A stretch of 32,000 bases of DNA, from positions 450,001 through 482,000 of the forward strand of contig NC_014833.1 in assembly GCF_000179635.2 (NCBI RefSeq), given 5' to 3'. Source of the DNA: Ruminococcus albus 7 = DSM 20455 (lineage in GTDB: Bacteria > Bacillota > Clostridia > Oscillospirales > Ruminococcaceae). Below are positions 24,581 to 32,000 of this stretch, one piece after another. How positions within the stretch are numbered: position 1 is the stretch's first letter; each line of letters starts with the position of its first letter. The notes beneath the pieces are model-generated. The model had not been told where the DNA came from. It made no database searches and saw only the letters and a program-made list of their open reading frames with translations. The translations under genes and the position numbers were made by a program.

Positions 24581-26992
24581 ATGCCTGACGAAAAGAACAT
24601 GATCAAACACCCTTTACTTAAATTGTTTTTTACTTCTTTTTTCTTGTTTCTTGTCGGTATTTCTCCCATACTCATCATTTCAAAGGGCGTGTATATGTGG
24701 ACAGGAGACTATAATGAACAGACTATTGTATTTACCGAATATATAAGCAAGCTGCTGCACAGCGGTCAGGGATTCCCGGCTTTTGACTGGAATTCCTTCC
24801 TGGGTATGGATTTTCTTACCTCTTATCATGATCACATTTTTTCTCCGTTTGACTGGCTGATGTACGCGGTCCCGACCGGTGTTATGCCTTACATACATAC
24901 TGTTGTTATGGCATTGAAAGTCGGATTATCAGCAGTAACAGCTTATATTTACTGCCGTCAGTATGTCAAAAAAGATCAGAGCGCCTATTTATGCGGTCTG
25001 CTGTATGCTTTTTCCGGTTTTCAGCTGTTTGATCTGGTATATCAGTTTTCGGAAAGATATCTTATGTTTCCGCTGATGTTGTATTGCTTTGATCAGTTGG
25101 TGATAAACAGAAAGCCGTTCTGTTTTGCTGCACTTCTTGGAATTTATTGTCTTATAAGTCCTGTTTTTGCTTGGATGACGTGTCTGTTCCTGTTGATATA
25201 TTACATCGTCAGGACCGCAACAAAGAGTTTCCCGAAACTTGATCTGAAACTGTTCATGCGTCTGGCAATTGAAACCGGCTGCGGTGTTCTTATGAGTGCT
25301 ATGTTGATGCTGCCTTTCTATAGCGTTCTTTCGGGAAATGCCCGTGCAGACGGAAAGATATTCAGCCACAGTCTGATAGCTTATGAGAATCCCGGAGTAG
25401 TGCTGTGTATAATAAGATCAATGTTTTTTCCGCCGGCTTTATGTGCTAACGACTGGTATTTCAGGAACAGTCAGTTGAGTATATCTCCGCCGCTGTTGTA
25501 TATACCCCTGTTCTTGATACTGGGTGTATACATGATATTCAAGAAGGAAAAACGTGCGTGGTATAGTGTACTGTTGAAAGTATGCATCATATTTGCTTGT
25601 GTACCTGTTCTCAACAGTTCTTTTGCAGTATTCAATAACAGGTATTATGCGCGCTGGCTTTTTATGCCTCTGCTTGTTATGATAATGATGACCGGCAGAT
25701 ATATAGATAATATCGAAGATGCAAAGCCGAAAAAAGAACTTCGGATATGTGCGGCGATCGTAGGATTTATGATCGTATACGGTGTATATACGGCTTGCTT
25801 TGAAAAGCCGCGGATTTACGGGAATAGAGCCTGGATCATCATGGCTGCTGTTTCACTGTTTGGAATGATCGTGCTGTATCTTCTTCATTATCCTATGGAT
25901 AAGGTAAGCTTTATCTCTGTAAGAAATATACGTAAGCTTGTGTGTGTGTGCTGTGTTTTGCCATTTTTTGGTACGGCATTCTTTCTTGCACAGGAAAACT
26001 ATTTTGAAAGTATCCCAAAACAGAAAGACATTATGTGGAATGGCTCTGAACCTGTAGTGATAGATGATGATGAATTCTTCAGGACTTCATACTGCATGAC
26101 AAACACTAAAAACAAATCAATGATCTGGGGGTATCCCACAATAGCAACTTTTAACTCCATGATAACCGGAGATACCAGCAGTTTCCTGGGAGAAACAGGA
26201 AATAATTTTAACAAGAAGATCAATCTGACATTTGATACTGATAATTATGCATTGTGCAGCTTCCTTTCGGTGAAATATGATCTTTATTGCAACCTTCTTC
26301 TTACGGGAGGTATCGAAGTTGAACCGGAAGATCTGAATAAGCATATAGAGGGTTTTGAACAGGATAAGGTAATAAATCGTTATGTATTATATAAAAACAA
26401 GGCGTTTATACCTATGGGTTTTACCTATGACAACTATATCAGGATAGATGCGCAGCCTCATAATAGCGATGAGGATAGCAGGAAGATGTATGATGACAAG
26501 GTTGACAGGCAAAAACTTTTTCTGAAGGCTATATGGCTCACGGATGAACAGATAGAGAAATATGGTGATATATTACAGGAATTGCCCGAAGATAAATATA
26601 ATGATGTATCTGTTGAAACCTATTATCAGGACTGCCGCGACCGTGCTGCCAGCGCTTGCTACGAATTTGTGCCTGATAAGACCGGATTCAATGCACGTAT
26701 CGACCTGCCGAAGGATAATCTTGTATTTTTCTCAGTACCTTACAATAGATATTTTACTGCATATATTGACGGCAGCCCCACAGAGATCGAACGCGTATTC
26801 AACGGACTTTCGGCGGTATATGTACCGCAGGGAGATCACAGTATCTCGTTCAGGTACAGGATACCAGGGTTCAAGTACGGAGTTATCATTTCGTCTGTGA
26901 GTGCAGGGATACTGCTTATATATACGGCTGTCGATCTGATACTTAAACGCAGGATACGCAGTAAGGACGGAACGGCTGTGAATGAAGCATAG
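24581..26992 (+). CDS. YfhO-family GT-C membrane glycosyltransferase
   Basis: 803 aa. About 12-14 N-terminal TM helices, a large extracytoplasmic C-terminal domain and a final TM helix plus basic tail. This is the architecture of YfhO/GtlB-type lipid-linked sugar transferases. GGAGG RBS 8 nt upstream. Starts 4 nt after the pseudogene stop. Confidence 0.8.
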   Translation: MPDEKNMIKHPLLKLFFTSFFLFLVGISPILIISKGVYMWTGDYNEQTIVFTEYISKLLHSGQGFPAFDWNSFLGMDFLTSYHDHIFSPFDWLMYAVPTGVMPYIHTVVMALKVGLSAVTAYIYCRQYVKKDQSAYLCGLLYAFSGFQLFDLVYQFSERYLMFPLMLYCFDQLVINRKPFCFAALLGIYCLISPVFAWMTCLFLLIYYIVRTATKSFPKLDLKLFMRLAIETGCGVLMSAMLMLPFYSVLSGNARADGKIFSHSLIAYENPGVVLCIIRSMFFPPALCANDWYFRNSQLSISPPLLYIPLFLILGVYMIFKKEKRAWYSVLLKVCIIFACVPVLNSSFAVFNNRYYARWLFMPLLVMIMMTGRYIDNIEDAKPKKELRICAAIVGFMIVYGVYTACFEKPRIYGNRAWIIMAAVSLFGMIVLYLLHYPMDKVSFISVRNIRKLVCVCCVLPFFGTAFFLAQENYFESIPKQKDIMWNGSEPVVIDDDEFFRTSYCMTNTKNKSMIWGYPTIATFNSMITGDTSSFLGETGNNFNKKINLTFDTDNYALCSFLSVKYDLYCNLLLTGGIEVEPEDLNKHIEGFEQDKVINRYVLYKNKAFIPMGFTYDNYIRIDAQPHNSDEDSRKMYDDKVDRQKLFLKAIWLTDEQIEKYGDILQELPEDKYNDVSVETYYQDCRDRAASACYEFVPDKTGFNARIDLPKDNLVFFSVPYNRYFTAYIDGSPTEIERVFNGLSAVYVPQGDHSISFRYRIPGFKYGVIISSVSAGILLIYTAVDLILKRRIRSKDGTAVNEA

Positions 26993-27005
26993 TGAGGCGT
27001 AATAT

Positions 27006-27371
27006 ATGAAAGGATCCGATAAAAAATACTTTCTTCTTATGCATCTGATCGTGTTGGTGATGTCGTTCGGCGGGGTGTTTTCAAAAAAGGCTGCTGCAGA
27101 AAAGTTCTTGTCTTTGAAATGGATCGTCCTGTACGGAGCTCTGCTGCTGGTGCTTATGGTATATGCTGTGTTCTGGCAGCAGATATTAAAACACTTGAAA
27201 CTAAGTACTGCTTATGCCTGCAGATCGGTCACGGTCGTATGGGGAATGGTGTGGGGCATACTGTTCTTCAACGAACAGCTCACTGCCAAGCAGATCATCG
27301 GCGGCATGATAGTTATTGTCGGAGTGATATTTGTTTCGTCCGGAAAGGAGTATCATGACAAGGTTGACTAA
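27006..27371 (+). CDS. Small 4-TM DMT/SMR-like protein (EamA half-transporter, ArnE-like)
   Basis: 121 aa with four TM helices. C-terminal motif (GILFFNEQLTAKQIIGGMIVIVGVIFV) is typical of EamA/SMR-like domains. Confidence 0.75.
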   Translation: MKGSDKKYFLLMHLIVLVMSFGGVFSKKAAAEKFLSLKWIVLYGALLLVLMVYAVFWQQILKHLKLSTAYACRSVTVVWGMVWGILFFNEQLTAKQIIGGMIVIVGVIFVSSGKEYHDKVD

Positions 27372-27699
27372 ATATGCGCTTATTCTGGTGTTAAGTTCGC
27401 TGATATCGTCGTTTTCACAGATACTTTTGAAAAAATCGGCAGGAAAACAATACAGTTCAAAGCTGCGTGAGTATCTGAACATACCTGTGATGACCTCGTA
27501 TGGAGTGTTTTTTCTTTGTACACTGATCTCTATGTACGGACTGAAGGTCGTGCCGCTGTCCATGTCACCGCTGCTTGATGCTACGGGATATATTTTTGTT
27601 ACGATACTTAGTTTCCTGTTTTTTCGAGAGATACCTGAAAAAAAGCAAGTTTTCGGTCTTGGTCTGATACTGATCGGGATCATTGTATATGCGATATAG
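27355..27699 (+). CDS. Small 4-TM DMT/SMR-like protein (EamA half-transporter, ArnF-like partner)
   Basis: 114 aa from ATG 27355 (AAGGAG at 27345-27350), overlapping the upstream gene by 17 nt. Four TM helices with a C-terminal FFREIPEKKQVFGLGLILIGIIV motif. The paired arrangement resembles heterodimeric ArnE/ArnF. Confidence 0.72.
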   Translation: MTRLTKYALILVLSSLISSFSQILLKKSAGKQYSSKLREYLNIPVMTSYGVFFLCTLISMYGLKVVPLSMSPLLDATGYIFVTILSFLFFREIPEKKQVFGLGLILIGIIVYAI

Positions 27700-27731
27700 A
27701 GTTTATGAGTATGTAAAGGAATGATTATAGA

Positions 27732-28694
27732 ATGGATATATCGGTAGTGGTACCTGTATACGGCTGCCGCTCCGCACTGCCTGTGTTGTGTGAACGGCTG
27801 AACAACACGCTTTCTTCGATAGTGAATGAGTATGAGATCATACTTGTTGAGGATCACTGTCCGCAGGGTTCCTGGGAAAGCATAAAGGAACTGTGTGAAA
27901 ATGACAAGCGTATAAAGGGTATACATCTTTCACGTAATTTCGGACAGGCTAATGCGATCACAGCGGGTATTGATATATGTACGGGTGATTGGGTAGTCGT
28001 TATGGATTGTGATCTTCAAGATCCGCCGGAAGCGATCGTTGATCTTTATAAGAAAGCGCAGGAAGGGTATGATGTTGTATTTGCAAGGCGTATCCAAAGA
28101 AAGGATACTGCTGTCACACTTTTTCTATCAAGATCGTTCTATCGCGTGCTGAGCTATTTTACTGAGGAGGATATAGATCCTTCGATAGGTAATTTCAGTG
28201 TATCTCGCAGATCTGTTATTGAAAATTATTGCAGGATGAGAGAACAGAACCGTGCGTATCAGATGTTCATAAAGTGGCTCGGATTCAGACAGACTTCGAT
28301 AGATATCGAATGTGAAGAACGCTATGAGGGCAGATCGTCTTATAATATGCGGAAAAAGATACGGTTCGCAGTTTCTCTTATAACCACTCATTCCAATAAA
28401 CCTCTGAAGCTGTCTATTAAGCTGGGTTTCATTCTGTCATCTCTTGCTATGATATACATACTGGTGCTTATAATCCAGAAGATCATGGGACGTGACATAC
28501 TTGCCGGCTGGACGAGTATTATTGCAGCGGTAGTCATCATGGGTGGACTGATACTGATGATGCTGGGTATAGTAGGCATATATATCGGCAATATTTTCAA
28601 TGAGGTCAAGAACAGACCTATATATGTGATAAGTGAGGCTATCAATTGTGAAAACAGATATGGTGGGGATAGTAAGAAATGCAGCACAGATTAG
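27732..28694 (+). CDS. GT2 polyprenyl-phosphate glycosyltransferase (ArnC/GtrB/CsbB-like)
   Basis: 320 aa. A GT-A fold N-terminus (VVVPVYG, ILVEDHC, FGQANAITAG, DCDLQD as the DxD motif) plus two C-terminal TM helices. This is the signature layout of enzymes that load a sugar onto undecaprenyl phosphate. Confidence 0.85.
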   Translation: MDISVVVPVYGCRSALPVLCERLNNTLSSIVNEYEIILVEDHCPQGSWESIKELCENDKRIKGIHLSRNFGQANAITAGIDICTGDWVVVMDCDLQDPPEAIVDLYKKAQEGYDVVFARRIQRKDTAVTLFLSRSFYRVLSYFTEEDIDPSIGNFSVSRRSVIENYCRMREQNRAYQMFIKWLGFRQTSIDIECEERYEGRSSYNMRKKIRFAVSLITTHSNKPLKLSIKLGFILSSLAMIYILVLIIQKIMGRDILAGWTSIIAAVVIMGGLILMMLGIVGIYIGNIFNEVKNRPIYVISEAINCENRYGGDSKKCSTD

Positions 28695-29941
28695 TAATTA
28701 TCGGTTCTTTATACGAAAATGTTCAATTGGTCATAGAGGCAAAAAAGCGCGGTTATTATACGATAGTATGTGACGGTTATAAGAACGGACACGCGAAGAA
28801 TATAGCAGATAAGTATTATGATATTGATATACGTGATACGGAAAAAGTTGCTGAGATGTGTATCAGAGAAAAGGCTGATGGCATATTGGGATCATTTTCT
28901 GATCTTGTGTTTGAAAAAATAACTGAGATAGCACATAAAGCAGGTATTGAATGGTATGCTTCGGCAGATATGCTCAAATACTATAGGGATAAGAAACAGG
29001 CAAAGGATCTGCTGCGCTCTCTGGGTGTGAGCGTTCCGGAAAACAGGATCATAAACAAGGATTTTTCCGATGAGGATATCAAAGGACTGAGTTTTCCTCT
29101 TGTGGTAAAGCCCTCGAATGCATGGGGCTCAAAGGGGATATATGTGGTAAACAACAGCGAAGAACTTCGGCTGTATGCAGAAAAGTCGGCAGAGATCTCA
29201 CATTCAGAAAAGGTGTTGGTCGAGGAATACAGCAAGGGAGGAGAATACAATATCACCTCGTTTGTAGCGGAAGGAAAGGTCTATGTTATCAGCTGCGGAG
29301 ACCGTGAGAAGACCAGATGTGAAGATAAGTCCATACCAAGACTGAGCCGTATTTTTTACAATACCTCACGGCATGATGACATAATTGAAGCAGCAAGGGT
29401 GACGCTCCAGAAATTTGCAGATGCTGTCGGTCAGAAGTACGGCGTGCTGTCAATGCAGTGCTTTTTCTACAAAGGTACTCTTACAGTATGTGAGATAGCA
29501 GGAAGGATACTTGCATTTGAAAATGATATCATAGGCGCTCATTCTGGGCTGAGTATAAATCAGCTGCTGCTGGATTGTGTTTATGATAAAGCTGCTTTGA
29601 AAGAGAAACTGATACAAAGCAGGGGATACGTTCCTTCAAAATTATATGCAAGACTATATTTTTTTGCGTATGACGGACATATCATAGAAAATATGGATAA
29701 TGTGTACGAGCTATGTAAATATGATAAGCTCACTGATGATATCGTTTTTTATAATGAGGGAGAAAAAATAGATAACAGAAGTACCAGATCATATTTTGCG
29801 ACTTTCTCATTCACAGCAGATTCCATCGCAGATATGGATCGTACTACGGATCATTTTGCAGAAAAAATGAAAGTGTTTTCAACGGACGGCAAGAACATTA
29901 TCTGTCCGATCAATCTGGATAATGACCGTGATTATAAATAA
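28679..29941 (+). CDS. ATP-grasp domain carboxylate-amine ligase, substrate unknown
   Basis: 420 aa. A pre-ATP-grasp Rossmann-like N-terminus, then a KDLLRSLGVSVPE...FPLVVKPSNAWGSKGIYVV...VLVEEY pattern typical of ATP-grasp enzymes. Overlaps the GT2 stop by 16 nt, suggesting translational coupling. Confidence 0.8.
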   Translation: MQHRLVIIGSLYENVQLVIEAKKRGYYTIVCDGYKNGHAKNIADKYYDIDIRDTEKVAEMCIREKADGILGSFSDLVFEKITEIAHKAGIEWYASADMLKYYRDKKQAKDLLRSLGVSVPENRIINKDFSDEDIKGLSFPLVVKPSNAWGSKGIYVVNNSEELRLYAEKSAEISHSEKVLVEEYSKGGEYNITSFVAEGKVYVISCGDREKTRCEDKSIPRLSRIFYNTSRHDDIIEAARVTLQKFADAVGQKYGVLSMQCFFYKGTLTVCEIAGRILAFENDIIGAHSGLSINQLLLDCVYDKAALKEKLIQSRGYVPSKLYARLYFFAYDGHIIENMDNVYELCKYDKLTDDIVFYNEGEKIDNRSTRSYFATFSFTADSIADMDRTTDHFAEKMKVFSTDGKNIICPINLDNDRDYK

Positions 29942-30074
29942 AAATTGGTTATCTCTTTGGCACACCGATCTGAAAGCAGATGTGATATTGAGTATTTATT
30001 GAGATCACTGTAAAAGGGCTGTATTGCTTGGTGCGTCAGGGTGATAAAATATAATATTGAAAAGAGGAAAGATA

Positions 30075-31301
30075 ATGAGCAGAGATATGTCATATTTAAA
30101 AGGGATGCCTGTAGCGGTCCTTGGAAGTGGTGCAGTAGGTAAAACGATAGCTGCAGATTGTAAGCTGGCAGGTTCGGAAGTCAGACTATGGGGCAGTGAG
30201 GAGTATTACGAGAGTTCAATGAAGATACTTCATAAATCGGGGATACTTCTTGACGGCATTCAACGCAACAGGGACGGGTTTGAGCGCTCCGGCAAAGCTT
30301 ATCTTGATGTAATCTCTACTGATATGGCAGAGGTTGTAAAGGGTGCTGGAATAATATGCGTTGCTACTACTTCCTGGAGACATGAAGCTATGTTCAGGCA
30401 GCTGATACCTTGTCTTGAAGACGGACAGGTCGTAATGGTATTTACAGATAACTGGGCAAGTCTTCTGCTAAGAAAGATGATGAGAGAAGCAGGCTGCACT
30501 AAAGACGTTATAGTTGGCGGATGGTCTTCTGCTCCTTATGGTACAAGAATTGAAAAGATCAATGATTACTGGCTGCCTCATGTTGGCGTAAAGTACAGAG
30601 CTATCAGCCTCAGAGGTGCTGCTATGCCTGCAAAGGACAGCGATGATTTTATTGAAGCATCCAGATATCTTCCGGCTATGGACAGTGTTACACAAGGTGA
30701 TGGTCCTGTTAAGGGTGATACGATCCTGGATATTGATTTTGCTAATGTAAATCCGGTTATCCATGTCCCGGCATCTGTTCTTGGTGTATCAAGTATGGAG
30801 AACTGGGTACTTGTCTACGGAAATGCACCGGAGACATATTCAATGTATTCTCACGGACTATGCCCTTCTATTTGTGAGGTACAGTATCAATTCTTCAATG
30901 AAGAGATAGCACTTGCAAAGAAACTTGGTGTCGGATGTCCGAGGTACAAGAAGCAGATGTTCTTCTCCAGAAGAAGTGTTCTGACGCAGGAGTATATGGG
31001 TCTTGATAAAGACGGAAACGATAATGTCGTTTTTCCGCTTGATCAGCCTTCCGATGAGGGAAATGTCGGTCCGAACAACATAAATCACAGATACCTGACA
31101 GAGGATATCCCGGTAAGCTGTAAGCTGTATCATGACCTTGGCGTTGCATACGGAGTTCCGACACCTGTCATTGACGCTATGATCATTCTGGGCGGTGCAT
31201 TCCATCAGACTAACTATTTTGTTGATGACAGATATACGCTCGATTATATCGGTATAGGCGGAATGAGCATTGAGGAGCTTAATGATTATCTGAGAAACTG
31301 A
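30075..31301 (+). CDS. NAD(P)-dependent octopine/nopaline (opine) dehydrogenase family protein
   Basis: N-terminal Rossmann VAVLGSGAVGKT. The C-terminal HRYLTEDIPVSCKLYHDLGVAYGVPTPVIDAMI matches the conserved RY-x-x-ED-x-P...G-V-x-TP motif I associate with the Octopine_DH domain. ATG 30075 (AGAGGA RBS) is preferred over the track's TTG 30057. Confidence 0.75.
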   Translation: MSRDMSYLKGMPVAVLGSGAVGKTIAADCKLAGSEVRLWGSEEYYESSMKILHKSGILLDGIQRNRDGFERSGKAYLDVISTDMAEVVKGAGIICVATTSWRHEAMFRQLIPCLEDGQVVMVFTDNWASLLLRKMMREAGCTKDVIVGGWSSAPYGTRIEKINDYWLPHVGVKYRAISLRGAAMPAKDSDDFIEASRYLPAMDSVTQGDGPVKGDTILDIDFANVNPVIHVPASVLGVSSMENWVLVYGNAPETYSMYSHGLCPSICEVQYQFFNEEIALAKKLGVGCPRYKKQMFFSRRSVLTQEYMGLDKDGNDNVVFPLDQPSDEGNVGPNNINHRYLTEDIPVSCKLYHDLGVAYGVPTPVIDAMIILGGAFHQTNYFVDDRYTLDYIGIGGMSIEELNDYLRN

Positions 31302-31361
31302 TGATCCTGCGTTCGATTTGAACGACAGTGTGCTGATAGTATAAAGTACGACAAAAACTGA

Positions 31362-31394
31362 AAGGCTGCGTGCTCGTAAGGAACACGCAGCCTT
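31362..31394. terminator. Bidirectional terminator between the opine-DH-like gene and the convergent peptidase gene
   Basis: AAGGCTGCGTG / CACGCAGCCTT 11-bp stem. The minus-strand side is followed by TTTCAGTTTTTG. Confidence 0.65.
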
Positions 31395-31446
31395 ATAATT
31401 ATGTTTGATTCTGTTTGGATCCGTTTAAATATGTCAGACCCGATCG

Positions 31447-32000
31447 TTATAAGCAGATAAGCTCTTTTCTTGCGAGAGTCATATTCTCGCAGCCGTTATT
31501 TTTTACAACCGCGAAGTCCTCTATCCTCACACCGAACTCACCTTCAAGGTATATGCCCGGTTCAATGGTGATAACGGAATTTTCGGGTATAAGTGCCTGA
31601 GAAACAGGTGACCCGTAGGGTTCTTCGTGTATCTCAATACCTACACCGTGACCCAGTGAATGTCCGAAATTATCGCCGTAGCCTGCAGCGGATATGATAT
31701 CTCTTGCGGCAGCATCAAAGTCCTTGCCGGAGATATCCGCTTTAAGTGAGTCTATGCCTGCCTGCTGGGCTTTCAGGACTATGTCGTAAACCTTGCGCAT
31801 CTTGTCGGCAGGTTCGCCCACGCATACTGTCCTTGTCATATCGCTGTGATAGCCGTCAACAACTGCGCCGAAGTCCATAAGTACGAACTCGCCCTTCTGC
31901 ACTTTTCTGTCCGAGGGCACACCATGAGGAAGAGATGTATTTGGACCGCTCAGCACTATCGTATCAAAGCTGAGAGCTTCCGCACCGTGGGAAAGCATGA
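31447..32000 (-). CDS. M24B family Xaa-Pro aminopeptidase/dipeptidase (C-terminal part, start outside window)
   Basis: Pita-bread fold metal ligand motifs are present: DFGAVVDGYHSDMTRT, GHSLGHGVGIEIHE and EPGIY...GVRIED. The ORF is open to the window edge. Confidence 0.9.
   Translation of the reverse strand, partial: MLSHGAEALSFDTIVLSGPNTSLPHGVPSDRKVQKGEFVLMDFGAVVDGYHSDMTRTVCVGEPADKMRKVYDIVLKAQQAGIDSLKADISGKDFDAAARDIISAAGYGDNFGHSLGHGVGIEIHEEPYGSPVSQALIPENSVITIEPGIYLEGEFGVRIEDFAVVKNNGCENMTLARKELICL

Noticed and set aside
25939-25951. (TG)n dinucleotide run inside the YfhO gene as a possible phase-variation tract
   Set aside because: It has only about 5-6 units and encodes a sensible hydrophobic CVCC segment. 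That is too short to argue for slipped-strand switching without population data.
27201-27926. 241-aa minus-strand ORF
   Set aside because: It is antisense to the two small DMT/SMR-like genes and the start of the GT2 gene, with no supporting signals.

Overview
The window looks like a chromosomal segment of a low-to-medium GC Firmicute, probably Clostridia and possibly Ruminococcus/Oscillospiraceae-like. The taxon guess rests only on gene content, GGAGG-type ribosome binding sites (RBS) and many near-consensus sigma-A promoters. All work was by eye with no database search, so RNA and regulatory coordinates are hand-derived and may be off by a few nt.

Gene content in order:
- 1-5.4 kb: sugar-nucleotide genes (rfbC 3' end, rfbB, an acyltransferase-3, rfbD, a UDP-glucuronate 4-epimerase-like SDR, ugd).
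- 5.5-7.6 kb: an acidic-linker lipoprotein and an aldo/keto reductase.
- 7.8-10.6 kb: ylxM-ffh-(small membrane ORF)-rpsP-KH protein.
- 10.7-13 kb: a membrane zinc-ribbon protein, an Rrf2 regulator and an AlaX-L-type editing protein.
- 13.1-16.7 kb: corA, a tRNA cluster (Val-Asp-Phe-Gly(GCC), an atypical tRNA-like gene, then Gly(CCC)) and a CNNM/CorC-type transporter.
- 16.7-19.4 kb: a transglutaminase-like protein and a membrane protein with a highly charged tail.
- 19.4-21.4 kb: FMN riboswitch-ribU, an acidic zinc-ribbon protein and efp.
- 21.7-23 kb: a phosphofructokinase with a PPi-type signature.
- 23.4-31.3 kb: a visibly more AT-rich, terminator-bounded operon.
- From 31.4 kb: the 3' part of an M24 Xaa-Pro peptidase.

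Two things stand out.
1. The 23.4-31.3 kb operon combines a WecE-like sugar 4-aminotransferase, a YfhO-type GT-C, an ArnE/ArnF-like pair of 4-TM proteins, an ArnC/GtrB-like GT2, an ATP-grasp ligase and an opine-dehydrogenase-family enzyme. The aminotransferase is inactivated twice. The gene set follows Arn-like lipid-carrier logic for decorating a Gram-positive envelope polymer with a modified amino sugar.
2. Positions 14894-14967 fold into a cloverleaf with a Gly(UCC) anticodon, all GlyRS identity elements and an encoded CCA. It lacks the canonical D-loop GG and T-loop C56, which is reminiscent of non-proteinogenic tRNA-Gly.
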